From Candidatus Moraniibacteriota bacterium (lineage in GTDB: Bacteria > Patescibacteriota > Minisyncoccia > Moranbacterales > UBA9337): a DNA stretch of 64,000 bases. Positions 9,603 to 19,526 of the stretch are shown piece by piece. The stretch spans positions 4,571 to 68,570 of the forward strand of contig JALSQF010000011.1 of the NCBI GenBank assembly GCA_026985555.1, given 5' to 3'. The position numbers and the translations under genes are program-made. Every line of letters begins with the position of its first letter. Positions within the stretch are counted from its first letter, which is position 1. A model generated the notes under the pieces. The model ran no database searches and was not told the DNA's origin. It saw only the letters and a list, made by a program, of their open reading frames with translations.

Positions 9603-11237
9603 ATGTTACAAATAGCAAATAAATTTATTAGTAAAATAGAAAACGTTTCAGCATCTCTATCTCAAATATTAATAACTTTTACCGCTTTAGTAACCATAAG
9701 AGTATTAATTGAGAACTGGTTGAATCATTTTAAAAGTTTTTCTGGTGAATATCTTTTTTATGAATGGAGCCATCTTTTTTTATCTTTAGGATTAACTTTT
9801 TTATTGTTTCTATTATTTTTTCACTGGACATTTAAAATTTCTCTTTTTAAATTATTAAATGTATTATCACTAGGTTTTTTAATAATTTGGACTCCCCCTC
9901 TTACAGATTATTTGGTTTCTCATTTTTTATTAAACGGTCAAAAGATATGGAGTTACTATGAATTAGGTAGTTTAAGTCAGCTAAAAAATGATTTTTTGAC
10001 CTTTTTTTCTCGTGATTATGCTCAGGGAACTACTTATGGAGTTTGTTTGGAAATCGCTTTAGCTATTATTTTTCTATCAATTTATGTGGGATTAAAACGA
10101 GGTTTTTTAAAAGCTTTGTTGGCTTTTTTAATAAGTTATTTTATTTTTTTTATTTTAGGAACGCTTCCTTCTTGGCCAGCTATTTTAGTTTTAGGTTGGC
10201 CTTCTCATTTTTTACAAGTGACAGAAATAGATGTAGCTAAATTTTTTTTAACTCCTGCTCAATTATTTTCTTTTCCTATAAAAAATTTAATTACTTCTTT
10301 GAGTTTTAAAATGAATTTATGGTTGTCTGTAGTTGATTTCATTTTATTAATAATTTTGCTATATCAAATAGAAAAGAAAAAATTTTTTGCTTGGCTAAAA
10401 AATGGACGTTGGCCTCAAATAATTTATCATGAAGGACTTTTTTTGTTGGGGATAGCTTTAGCTTTAATATTTAATACAGTTAATTGGTGGTGGGATTTTT
10501 TTAATTTTTTTGCTTTATTAGTAGCAATGCAAGCTATCTTATTAGCTTGGTGGGCATCTGTAACTATTAATGATATTTTTGATAAAAAAATTGATAGTAT
10601 TTCTAATTCACGGCGTCCCTATATAAAGAATATTTTTTCTAAAAATAATCTTATTGCTTTATTTTGGTTTTTCTTTTTTTTCTCTTCTTTTTTAGGCGCT
10701 CTTTTAAGTTGGAAAATTTTAGGTTTATTATTAGCTTATCAATCTCTAGCTTGGCTCTATTCAGCTTCTCCTTTGCGATTAAAAAGAATTCCCATAGTAG
10801 CTAGTTTTATTAGCGCTTTAGCCTCGTTACTAATTTTATTTATCGGATATATTTTAGTTTCTCCTTATCAAAACTTAGAAAACTTGCCATCAGAATTAAT
10901 TATTTTATTATTAGTATCTTATACCTTATCATTGCCACTCAAAGATCTTAAAGATATTAAAGGAGATAAACAAGATAAAATTTGGACTATACCAGTGATT
11001 TTTGGAGATTATTGGGGGAGAATAATAATAGCTAGTGGAATATTTTTTTCTTTTATATTAAGTGTGATTGTATTAAATGAATATTCTTTGCTTTGGTGGG
11101 CAATATTAGCGGGAAGTTTATCTTTTTGGGTAATCAATAACAAAAAAATTAACCCACGTTGGTTGTCAGGATATATTTTAGTTATTATAATATTGTATGG
11201 ATTAATTATTGTAAAAACTATTTCCCACCTTTTTTAA
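9603..11237 (+). CDS. UbiA-family prenyltransferase fused to a ~300-aa N-terminal polytopic membrane domain
   Basis: 544 aa, all-membrane; C-terminal half has both UbiA Asp-rich motifs NDIFDKKID (NDxxDxxxD) and DLKDIKGD (DxxDxxxD). Confidence 0.65.
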   Translation: MLQIANKFISKIENVSASLSQILITFTALVTIRVLIENWLNHFKSFSGEYLFYEWSHLFLSLGLTFLLFLLFFHWTFKISLFKLLNVLSLGFLIIWTPPLTDYLVSHFLLNGQKIWSYYELGSLSQLKNDFLTFFSRDYAQGTTYGVCLEIALAIIFLSIYVGLKRGFLKALLAFLISYFIFFILGTLPSWPAILVLGWPSHFLQVTEIDVAKFFLTPAQLFSFPIKNLITSLSFKMNLWLSVVDFILLIILLYQIEKKKFFAWLKNGRWPQIIYHEGLFLLGIALALIFNTVNWWWDFFNFFALLVAMQAILLAWWASVTINDIFDKKIDSISNSRRPYIKNIFSKNNLIALFWFFFFFSSFLGALLSWKILGLLLAYQSLAWLYSASPLRLKRIPIVASFISALASLLILFIGYILVSPYQNLENLPSELIILLLVSYTLSLPLKDLKDIKGDKQDKIWTIPVIFGDYWGRIIIASGIFFSFILSVIVLNEYSLLWWAILAGSLSFWVINNKKINPRWLSGYILVIIILYGLIIVKTISHLF

Positions 11238-11247
11238 AAGTGTTTAT

Positions 11248-11276
11248 TTGACATAAATCTATAAATATGTTATAAT
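11248..11276 (+). promoter_or_regulatory. sigma70-type promoter (TTGACA-17-TATAAT) upstream of RNase P RNA
   Basis: Perfect -35 TTGACA (11248-11253), 17-nt spacer, perfect -10 TATAAT (11271-11276), about 40 nt upstream of rnpB 5' end. Confidence 0.55.
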
Positions 11277-11316
11277 CAAGGGTTTTAAAAGAAAAAGTTT
11301 TTTTAAAATTAATTAA

Positions 11317-11650
11317 GGGATAGTTAAGCAATGGCTCTACGGAGAGGAAAGTCCGGACATTCCCTTTATCAATTGATAAAGGAGCAGGGTAGTGGGTAAC
11401 GCCCATCTATTGTAAAATACGAGGTGCGAACAGAGACGCTGGAAGCGCAAGCGGAAGGCATCCTATTTTTTTAGGATGAGTTCTCTTATAATCCTTTTAA
11501 GGTGAAATAGAGAAGTGAAACGGCTAAATCCTTACCTGAATGCAAGACCGTGCTTTGCTAATAGCAAAGAGTGTCGCAAAGATTGAGTTCAGTAATGAAC
11601 CAACAAGACAAATCATTGCTCTAGACAGAATCCGGCTTATCAACTATCCC
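11317..11650 (+). ncRNA. rnpB: RNase P RNA (bacterial type A)
   Basis: Conserved P4/CR-I GAGGAAAGUCCGGAC, CR-II/III-like GGAGCAGGGUAGUGGGUAACGCCCAUC, 3' P4 strand ACAGAAUCCGGCUUAUC; P1 helix GGGAUAGUU/AACUAUCCC closes the molecule. Confidence 0.9.
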
Positions 11651-11673
11651 TTAATTAACTTTAAAATAAATAT

Positions 11674-13092
11674 ATGAAAAGATCAGAATTATTTTTTAGC
11701 GCTATTCAAGTTCCAGTGGATTTTTTAATGATAGTTTTAGCCGCTATTTCTGCTTTTTTAGTTCGTGATATTCCTCAGATTATTGCTTTAAAACCTAAGT
11801 TGTATAATTTTCCCATAGAACAATATTTAAAAATAGTTTTATTAGTAACTCCCTTTTTTCTTTTGATTTATGCTTTAGAAGGTTTATATGATATTAGAGC
11901 TACTCGTCGTTTTTGGAAGGAAACTCTTAAGGTGTTTTCTGCAACATCTATAGGCTTAGTCATAATTATTGTAACTATATTTTTAAAACGTGAATGGTTT
12001 TCTTCTCGTTTTATTATTCTTTCCGCTTGGGCATTAACAGTGTTTTATGTAGTTATGGGACGTTGGTTTTTGCAATTAATACAAAAATGGTTGCTACGTT
12101 ATAAAAAAATAGGAGTGCATAGAGTATTATTAATCGGGCGTAATGGAAAAATAAAAAAAATTTCTCAATTTATTAACAGAAAACCAGGTTTGGGATACAA
12201 AATAATAGCTAAAAGTGATACGGCGCGCTTAAAAAAAATTAAAGAAATTAAACAAAAAAAAGGTATTGACGAAATTATTTTATGTGATTCTACTATTCCT
12301 GACTCAGATATTGCTAAACTCGTTGATTTTTGTGCCATTAACAACATTGTTTATCGTTTTATTCCTACTACTTTTCAAACCACACGTTTTAATTTAGGTG
12401 TTTTTGGTGGAGAACCCATTGTAGAAATTAATCATACCCCTTTAGATGGCTGGGGAAGAATTATTAAAGCCGTCTTTGATTGGTTGGCAGCTATTTTTTT
12501 AATTATTTTTTTGTCTCCAATTTTATTAATAGTAGCTTTGTTGATAAAAAAAGAGGATCCCGATGGACCTATTATTTATAAAAATAAAAGAATAGGAGTA
12601 GATGGAAAAAATATCAATGTTTTTAAATTTCGTTATATGCAGTGGAAATATTGTATTGATAAAAAAAATCCTCATTTTAAAGAAGCTTTAAAACTGGAAA
12701 AAGAGTTAATCAAAAAACAAAGTGTAAGACAAGGGCCATTATATAAAATTAAAAATGATCCTAGAAAAATGAAAGTAGGGAAATGGATAGAAAAATTTTC
12801 TTTAGATGAATTGCCTCAGTTGTTTAATGTGATTAAAGGAGATATGAGTTTAGTAGGACCACGCCCTCATCAAAAAAGGGAAGTAGAAAAATACAAAGAA
12901 TATCATCGTCGTTTACTAACCATAAAGCCAGGGATAACAGGAATGGCCCAAGTTTCAGGAAGATCTGATTTAGATTTTGAAGATGAATATAAATTAGATT
13001 TATATTATATTGAAAACTGGTCACTTTGGTTGGATTTTTTAATTTTATTCAAAACTTTAAAAGTTCTATTTAAAAAAAGAAAAAACAACTAA
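11674..13092 (+). CDS. polyprenyl-phosphate glycosyl-1-phosphate transferase (bacterial sugar transferase, WbaP/WcaJ-like)
   Basis: 472 aa; N-terminal TM helices; C-terminal bacterial sugar transferase domain with DELPQLFNVIKGDMSLVGPRP motif. Confidence 0.8.
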   Translation: MKRSELFFSAIQVPVDFLMIVLAAISAFLVRDIPQIIALKPKLYNFPIEQYLKIVLLVTPFFLLIYALEGLYDIRATRRFWKETLKVFSATSIGLVIIIVTIFLKREWFSSRFIILSAWALTVFYVVMGRWFLQLIQKWLLRYKKIGVHRVLLIGRNGKIKKISQFINRKPGLGYKIIAKSDTARLKKIKEIKQKKGIDEIILCDSTIPDSDIAKLVDFCAINNIVYRFIPTTFQTTRFNLGVFGGEPIVEINHTPLDGWGRIIKAVFDWLAAIFLIIFLSPILLIVALLIKKEDPDGPIIYKNKRIGVDGKNINVFKFRYMQWKYCIDKKNPHFKEALKLEKELIKKQSVRQGPLYKIKNDPRKMKVGKWIEKFSLDELPQLFNVIKGDMSLVGPRPHQKREVEKYKEYHRRLLTIKPGITGMAQVSGRSDLDFEDEYKLDLYYIENWSLWLDFLILFKTLKVLFKKRKNN

Positions 13093-13247
13093 TCATTATT
13101 TAGAATAAAATATATCAAAACACTTTTGAAAATAAATAGTAAGTGAAAGATTTTTTAGGAGAAAAATTCCCTAAGCTCAATTTTCAGAAAATTTATAAGA
13201 CAATAATTTGTTGATTTTATTAGTTAAATATGATAAGATAAAAAACC

Positions 13248-13838
13248 ATGGAATTAAAAAAAGTAGTTAAAATATTTCAACAAGAAAAAAAGATATTTTT
13301 TTTAGTTTTATTGTTTAGTTTAACTCTAGGCGTTCTTTTTTATTTTGTTCAACCTCATTTTTATAAGGTAAATTTAATGCTTAATGTTACTAGGCAGGGA
13401 ACACAAAAAACTTCTGATTATAGTTTTGATGAATTTTATCGTTTACAAGCGGATGAGAAGTTTGCTGATACTATAGTGCGCTGGTTAGAATCTCCGCGAA
13501 TTCAAGAAGATATTTGTCATCAAGTAAAACAAGATTGTAGTCGTAAAATAAAAGCGAAAAGATTATCTTCTCAATATGTAGAAATAATTTATTTTATAAA
13601 TAAACCAGAAACAGGAAAAAAAGAAGCTAAAGCCATTGCACAAGTATTACAAAATGAAACGAAAAAATTAAACCTAAAGCAAAAAAATAAAAATTGGTTT
13701 TTTTTAGTAGTTGATGATCCTGTGATAAAATTAAATCATTGGAATATAAGAAAAATTTTAGGAATAAGTGTTTTACTTGGTTTATTAATAGGTTTTTGGT
13801 CGGTTTTAATAAAGTATTATTGGAAAAAGGAGGATTAA
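13248..13838 (+). CDS. small bitopic membrane protein, possible Wzz-like chain-length determinant
   Basis: 196 aa; N- and C-terminal TM helices flanking a soluble domain; sits between phosphotransferase and GT4 genes. Confidence 0.4.
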   Translation: MELKKVVKIFQQEKKIFFLVLLFSLTLGVLFYFVQPHFYKVNLMLNVTRQGTQKTSDYSFDEFYRLQADEKFADTIVRWLESPRIQEDICHQVKQDCSRKIKAKRLSSQYVEIIYFINKPETGKKEAKAIAQVLQNETKKLNLKQKNKNWFFLVVDDPVIKLNHWNIRKILGISVLLGLLIGFWSVLIKYYWKKED

Positions 13839-13850
13839 TTTGAAATCATT

Positions 13851-15002
13851 ATGAAAATTGGAATTGATGCGCGTTGCCTTTTAAGTGGAAAAAAAAGTGG
13901 AGTTGAAGAATATACTTATCAAATTATTAAAAATGTTTTAAAACAAGATAAAAAAAATCAATACATTCTTTTTTTGAATTCGGGAAAAAAGAAACCTTTA
14001 AATTGGAAATGGATTGATGATTTTTCTAATGTAAAGATAAAATTCTTTCGTTGGCCCAACAGGCTTCTTAATTTTTTATTTTGGTATTTTAGGTTTCCTT
14101 TTATAGATAAAATGTTAGGAGGTATAGACGTTTTTTGGGCTCCTAATTTAAATTTTTGGGGATTATCTAAATCTGTTAAATTTGTTTTAACTCTTCATGA
14201 TCTTTCCTTTGAATATTATCCAGAGACTTTTCATTGGAAAAGAAGGTTGTGGCGTTTTTTTATTAATCCACGTTCTAGCGTTTGTAAAGCTGATAAGATT
14301 ATTGTTGTCTCTCAATCTACTAAAGATGATCTAGTTAATTTTTATAAAGTGCCTTCTCAAAAAATAAAAGTTATTCCTAGTGGAATTGATACTAAATATA
14401 AAGTGCTAGATAGAAATGATTTTCAATTAATTAAAATTAAAGAAAAATATCAAATACCCTTTAATTTTATTTTCTTCTTAGGGACCATTGAACCAAGAAA
14501 GAATATAGAGAGTATTATTAAAGCCTATGAACTTTTACGTCAAGAAAAAAATTCTGAATTAGATAAGTACAAATTAGTAATTGCTGGTAATTCAGGATGG
14601 AAAGCAAAAAAAATATTTAAAACTATTCAAAATTCTGTTTATAAACGAGATATTTTTTTTATAGGAGAAGTTGATGAAAAAGATAAGATTTATCTTTATA
14701 ATTTAGCTAGTCTATTTATTTTTCCTTCTTTTTTAGAAGGATTTGGTTTTCCTCCTTTAGAAGCAATGAGTTGTGGAACTCCAGTTATTACCTCTTTTAA
14801 TACTTCTTTTCCTGAAACAGTAGGTGATGCAGTTATTATGGTTGATCCTAATAAAGAACAAGAAATTAAAGAGGCTATGCAAATGATTCTATTAAATAAA
14901 AAACTGCAAAAAAAGTTAATTCAAAAAGGTTTACAGCAAGTTCAAAAATTTAATTGGGAAATATCAGCCAGAGAACATAAAAAAGTGTGGACATCAATTT
15001 AA
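13851..15002 (+). CDS. family 4 (GT-B) glycosyltransferase
   Basis: 383 aa; glycos_transf_1 signature EGFGFPPLEAMSCGTPVITS. Confidence 0.8.
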   Translation: MKIGIDARCLLSGKKSGVEEYTYQIIKNVLKQDKKNQYILFLNSGKKKPLNWKWIDDFSNVKIKFFRWPNRLLNFLFWYFRFPFIDKMLGGIDVFWAPNLNFWGLSKSVKFVLTLHDLSFEYYPETFHWKRRLWRFFINPRSSVCKADKIIVVSQSTKDDLVNFYKVPSQKIKVIPSGIDTKYKVLDRNDFQLIKIKEKYQIPFNFIFFLGTIEPRKNIESIIKAYELLRQEKNSELDKYKLVIAGNSGWKAKKIFKTIQNSVYKRDIFFIGEVDEKDKIYLYNLASLFIFPSFLEGFGFPPLEAMSCGTPVITSFNTSFPETVGDAVIMVDPNKEQEIKEAMQMILLNKKLQKKLIQKGLQQVQKFNWEISAREHKKVWTSI

Positions 15003-15139
15003 TTAAATCAAAAAATATATTGTATTAAGTTTGTATAACTTTATATTGTAATAGTAATTTAATGTTTAGTAAGTTGTTATTCCTGAAAAAATATTATATA
15101 ATGATTTTAGCTTAACTAATAAATTTTAAAAACAAAAAT

Positions 15140-16150
15140 ATGATTAAAGTGGCTATTAATGGTTTTGGTCGTATTGGTCGGCCAGTTTTAAAAATTATTC
15201 AAGAAAAAGAGGATATGGAAGTGGTGGCTATTAATGATTTAAGTAGTTTGGAAAATTTAGTTTATTTATTAAAATATGACACAGCTTATGGAATATATAA
15301 AAATGAAGTTTCATGGGAAGAAGGTAAAATAAAAATAGGAGATAAAGAAATTAAAGTTTTAGCTGAGCCTGATCCAGAAAAATTACCTTGGAAAGAAATG
15401 GGTATAGATGTAGTTTTAGAGTGCACAGGATTTTTTACCAATAGAGAGGGTGCTGAAAAACACTTAAAAGCGGGTGCAAAAAAAGTTGTTATTTCTGCAC
15501 CTACCAAAGATGAAAGTATTAAAACTTTTGTTTTAGGTGTAAATGCTGATGAAATTAAAGAAGAAGATGATATTATTTCTAATGCTTCTTGTACTACTAA
15601 TTCTTTAGCTCCAATGATGAAAGTATTAGATGATAACTTTGGAGTGGAAAAATCTTTAATGTCAACGATTCATAGTTATACATCTACTCAATCTTTAGTG
15701 GACGGAATTTCTAAAAAAGATATGCGCAGAGGAAGAGCAGCAGCGCAAAATATTATTCCTTCTACGACAGGAGCGGCTATTGCTACCGTAAAAACATTAC
15801 CTCAATTAGAAAATCGTTTTGATGGCATGGCTTTTAGAGTTCCTACGCTAGTTGGATCTGTAAGTGATTTAACTGTTTTATTAAAACAGGAGACAACCAA
15901 AGAAGATATTTTTCAAGCTTTCATAGATGCTTCTAATAATGAATTAAAAAATATATTGGAAGTTACAGAAGAACCTTTAGTAAGTCATGATATTGTAGGT
16001 AATCCTCATTCAGTAATAGTGCAAGCTGATTTAATAAAAGTAACGGATAAAAATTTAGTGAAAGTAATAGGTTGGTATGATAATGAATGGGGTTATAGCA
16101 ATCGTTTAGTAGAGATGGCTCATTATTTAATAAAAAAATTTCAAAAATAA
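15140..16150 (+). CDS. gap: glyceraldehyde-3-phosphate dehydrogenase
   Basis: 336 aa; NAD-binding INGFGRIGR and active site ASCTTNSLAP. Confidence 0.95.
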   Translation: MIKVAINGFGRIGRPVLKIIQEKEDMEVVAINDLSSLENLVYLLKYDTAYGIYKNEVSWEEGKIKIGDKEIKVLAEPDPEKLPWKEMGIDVVLECTGFFTNREGAEKHLKAGAKKVVISAPTKDESIKTFVLGVNADEIKEEDDIISNASCTTNSLAPMMKVLDDNFGVEKSLMSTIHSYTSTQSLVDGISKKDMRRGRAAAQNIIPSTTGAAIATVKTLPQLENRFDGMAFRVPTLVGSVSDLTVLLKQETTKEDIFQAFIDASNNELKNILEVTEEPLVSHDIVGNPHSVIVQADLIKVTDKNLVKVIGWYDNEWGYSNRLVEMAHYLIKKFQK

Positions 16151-16173
16151 AAAATAATCTTTTATTTTAAAAA

Positions 16174-17748
16174 ATGTTGGATCTTATTATAAAAAACGGA
16201 GTTGTTATTGATGGTACAGGAAAAAATATGTTTAGAAACGATATTGGTATTGTTGGTGATAGAATTAAAAAGATGGGAAATTTGGAAAAAGAAGAGGCGA
16301 AGAAGGTTATTGATGCAGAAGGTTATTATGTAACACCAGGTTTTATTGATGTCAATAATCATTCGGATACTTACTGGAGAATTTTTATTAATCCAGATTT
16401 AGAAAGTCTTTTATATCAAGGTGTTACCACAATTGTAGGTGGAAATTGTGGCTCGTCTTTGGCGCCAATTTTAAATGAAGATATGTTTCGTTCTATTCAA
16501 AAATGGATAGATATTAGTTCTCTTAATTTAAACTGGTTAACGGTTAAAGATTTTTTTAATGAAATCAGTAAAATTAAATTAGCTACTAATTTTGCCACTT
16601 TAGTAGGTCACGCCACATTAAGAAGAGGTATTAAAGGAGATAATAGAGGAGAATTAACAGAAGGAGAGATGAATGTTATGTTGAAAATTTTACGTAAAGC
16701 GTTGAAAGAGGGAGCCCTAGGTGTTTCCTTTGGTTTAGTTTATACCCATGCGCAATTAGCTTCCCAGTGGGAATTATTTGAAGTAGCAAAAGTAGTAGCT
16801 AAAGAAAAAAAAATTCTAGCTGTTCATATTAGAGAAGAGAGTGAAAGAATATTATCTTCTATTCAAGAAGTTTTAGATATAGCTTCTAATACAGGAGTAA
16901 ATTTACAAATATCTCATCTTAAAATAATGGGAGAAGATAATTGGAAGATGATGGATGAGGTATTACAAATGATTGCTGAGGCCTATAGAAAGGGAATTAA
17001 AGTAGCTTTTGATATGTATCCATATACAATGACTGGATCAGTGTTGTATGCTTTATTACCTAAATGGGTAGCAGAAGGAGGTAGAAAAATGATGTTAAAA
17101 AGATTGAGAGATCCTTTTATGCGTTCCCGAGTAGTAAGAGAAATGATGAATAATAGTATTGATTATTCTAATATTATAATTTCTATTTCTCCTTTAAATA
17201 AATCTTTAACCAAGAGGAAAGTGAGTGAAATTGCTGATGCGCAAAGAAAATCTGTGGAAGAGGCAATTATAGACATTCTTTTAGCTAGTAACGGGAGAGT
17301 AATTACAATGATGAATGTTTTAAGTGAAAACAACATTCAAAAAGAGTTAGTATGCCCCTTATCAATTATTTCTTCCAATGGAGCTGGATATAATGAAAAA
17401 CATAAAAGTAGTGGTGAATTAGTTCATCCACGTTCTTTTGGTACTTTTCCTAGAATATTAAACAAATATGTAAGAAATCAAGAATTATTAACCTGGGAAG
17501 AAGCTGTTTTTAAAATGTCAGGATTTCCAGCAAAAAAATATGATATTCATCAAAGAGGAACATTGAAGAAAAACAATTTTGCCGATATAGTAATTTGGGA
17601 TCCTAATAGGATAGAAGACTTAGCTATGCCTAATGATCCTTATCATTATTCTAAAGGAGTGGAATATTTGTTAGTTAATGGTAAAATAGTAATTGCTAAA
17701 AGAAAATATCTTTCTAGACGAGAAGGAAAAATTATCACAAAAACTTAA
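16174..17748 (+). CDS. amidohydrolase, N-acyl-D-amino-acid deacylase (D-aminoacylase) family
   Basis: 524 aa; N-terminus MLDLIIKNGVVIDGTG...VTPGFIDVNNHSD (metal-binding HxH-like) typical of D-aminoacylases. Confidence 0.7.
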   Translation: MLDLIIKNGVVIDGTGKNMFRNDIGIVGDRIKKMGNLEKEEAKKVIDAEGYYVTPGFIDVNNHSDTYWRIFINPDLESLLYQGVTTIVGGNCGSSLAPILNEDMFRSIQKWIDISSLNLNWLTVKDFFNEISKIKLATNFATLVGHATLRRGIKGDNRGELTEGEMNVMLKILRKALKEGALGVSFGLVYTHAQLASQWELFEVAKVVAKEKKILAVHIREESERILSSIQEVLDIASNTGVNLQISHLKIMGEDNWKMMDEVLQMIAEAYRKGIKVAFDMYPYTMTGSVLYALLPKWVAEGGRKMMLKRLRDPFMRSRVVREMMNNSIDYSNIIISISPLNKSLTKRKVSEIADAQRKSVEEAIIDILLASNGRVITMMNVLSENNIQKELVCPLSIISSNGAGYNEKHKSSGELVHPRSFGTFPRILNKYVRNQELLTWEEAVFKMSGFPAKKYDIHQRGTLKKNNFADIVIWDPNRIEDLAMPNDPYHYSKGVEYLLVNGKIVIAKRKYLSRREGKIITKT

Positions 17749-17752
17749 TTTT

Positions 17753-19165
17753 ATGATGAATAAAAGTTTTCTAAAAGGAAAAACTGTTACAGTTTTTGGT
17801 TTGGGATTGCATGGAGGAGGAATAGGCACTGTAAAATTTTTAGCTACGCAGGAAGTAAAAAAAATTATTGTAACAGATCTTAAATCAAAAAATCAACTGC
17901 GACCATCCTTACAACAATTAGCTGATATTAAAAATATAGAGTATGTTTTAGGGCAACATAGAAAAGAAGATTTTATTCAAACTGATATGGTAATTAAAAC
18001 TCCAGTTATATCTTGGAATAATAAGTATATAAAAATTGCTTTAAAAAACAATGTTGTAGTAGAAACTGATTCCAGTCTTTTTTTTCAATTATGTAAAATT
18101 CCGATAATTGGTGTTACTGGTAGCAAAGGTAAAACTTCGGTAGCTACTATGATAAGTGATATTTTAAGGGCAACAGGAAAAAAAGTAGTGTCAGTGGGGA
18201 TAAGTCAAATTTCTGTATTAGATAAATTATTAGAAACCGAAAAAGCGGAATGGGTTGTCTTTGAATTGTCCAGTTGGAGATTATCTGCTTTAAAAAAAAT
18301 AAAACGAAGTCCTCACATTTCTATTATTACCAATATTTTTCCAGATCATTTAAATTATTATAAAAACATGGAAGAATATATAGCAGATAAAAAAAATATT
18401 TTTTTATATCAAAATTCTCAAGATTGGTTAATTTACAATGAAGATAATCAATTAGTAAAAGAAATGGTTAAGGAAGCCGACTCAAAGCTAATAGCTTTTT
18501 CTCTTTATAAAAAGGGACAATTTATTAGTGTTTTTAAAGAAAAAGATTTTGCTTATCTGAATAATGGGATAGACGAAAAGAAAATAATTCAATTTTCAAA
18601 AATAAATATAAAAGAAAAGCATAATCAAGCTAATTTATTAGCGGTTATTGGAGCTGTTTATGCTGCAGGTATTCCTCTTTCTCTCATTAAAAAGGCAGTT
18701 AGAAAAATTAAAAAAATTCCTGATCGTTTAGAATTAGTAAAGGAAATTAAAGGAGTAAAATACTACAATGATTCAACTGCTACTATTCCAGAGGCAGTTC
18801 AAGTTGCTTTGCGTTCTTTTTCAGAAAAAATAATTTTAATTACGGGAGGAACTGATAAGAATTTAAACTTTGATAATTTAGCTAAAGATATTATAGAAAA
18901 AACTAAAGGAGTAATTTTTTTGAAGGGAACAGCCACAGATAAATTAATCTTATCTATTAAAAAAATATTACAAGAAAAAGATAAAGAATTTGAAGTGGTT
19001 GATACAATGGATAAAGCCGTAGAATTAGCTTCGCGTATTGCAGATAAAGGAGATGTGGTTTTGTTGTCTCCAGGAGCAGCTAGTTTTGGATTGTTTAACA
19101 ATGAATTTCACAGAGGAGCTAAATTTAGAGAAGCAGTCAAAAAATTAAATACATTTATTTTCTAA
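17753..19165 (+). CDS. murD: UDP-N-acetylmuramoylalanine--D-glutamate ligase
   Basis: Mur ligase: N-term GKTVTVFGLGLHGGG, ATP site GVTGSKGKTS; start taken at ATG 17753 (track ORF begins 17693, overlapping upstream gene). Confidence 0.85.
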   Translation: MMNKSFLKGKTVTVFGLGLHGGGIGTVKFLATQEVKKIIVTDLKSKNQLRPSLQQLADIKNIEYVLGQHRKEDFIQTDMVIKTPVISWNNKYIKIALKNNVVVETDSSLFFQLCKIPIIGVTGSKGKTSVATMISDILRATGKKVVSVGISQISVLDKLLETEKAEWVVFELSSWRLSALKKIKRSPHISIITNIFPDHLNYYKNMEEYIADKKNIFLYQNSQDWLIYNEDNQLVKEMVKEADSKLIAFSLYKKGQFISVFKEKDFAYLNNGIDEKKIIQFSKINIKEKHNQANLLAVIGAVYAAGIPLSLIKKAVRKIKKIPDRLELVKEIKGVKYYNDSTATIPEAVQVALRSFSEKIILITGGTDKNLNFDNLAKDIIEKTKGVIFLKGTATDKLILSIKKILQEKDKEFEVVDTMDKAVELASRIADKGDVVLLSPGAASFGLFNNEFHRGAKFREAVKKLNTFIF

Positions 19166-19202
19166 ATAAAACATAAAAAAATATTCTTATATTTCCTATT
19201 AG

Positions 19203-19230
19203 TTCTTCGGCTATTTAAATAGCCAGAAGG
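19203..19230. repeat. palindromic intergenic element, copy 1 (short, imperfect)
   Basis: TTCTTCGGCTATTTAAATAGCCAGAAGG; shares GGCTATTTAAATAGCCAGAA core with copies at 30975, 40061, 45433. Confidence 0.7.
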
Positions 19231-19233
19231 TTT

Positions 19234-19271
19234 TAGATTAATTTTTTCTTTTAAAAATTAATCTAATTTTA
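19234..19271 (+). terminator. hairpin downstream of murD (possible terminator)
   Basis: 13-nt inverted repeat TTAGATTAATTTT...AAAATTAATCTAA followed by T-rich tract. Confidence 0.4.
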
Positions 19272-19325
19272 ATATAATTAACAAGAATTATTAAATAGAT
19301 TTTGTTATATATGCTTCTACAATAT

Positions 19326-19353
19326 TTGACAAATATTAGATAATTGATACAAT
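19326..19353 (+). promoter_or_regulatory. candidate promoter for the GT2 synthase operon
   Basis: TTGACA (19326-19331), 16-nt spacer, TACAAT; about 170 nt upstream of 19527. Confidence 0.3.
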
Positions 19354-19526
19354 TTTACATTGATTTTTTAAATATTATTAAAATTAAAATATATGTTTGA
19401 ATTAATAAGTGATTATATTTATATTTTTTTTGGAGCAATGATTTTTATTATCAATGTATCATATTTATCAAGTCGTTTGATTATTTTTTCTTTAAAAAAA
19501 ATAAAAAATAATCAAAAGTTTTAAAT

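Noticed and set aside
11218-11406. 62-aa minus-strand ORF
   Set aside because: Overlaps the RNase P RNA gene and its promoter; the RNA call explains the conservation.
19392-19510. Apparent small membrane-peptide ORF upstream of the GT2 synthase
   Set aside because: Careful codon counting shows a T9 run shifts the frame; the real translation (39 aa) is low-complexity and unconvincing.
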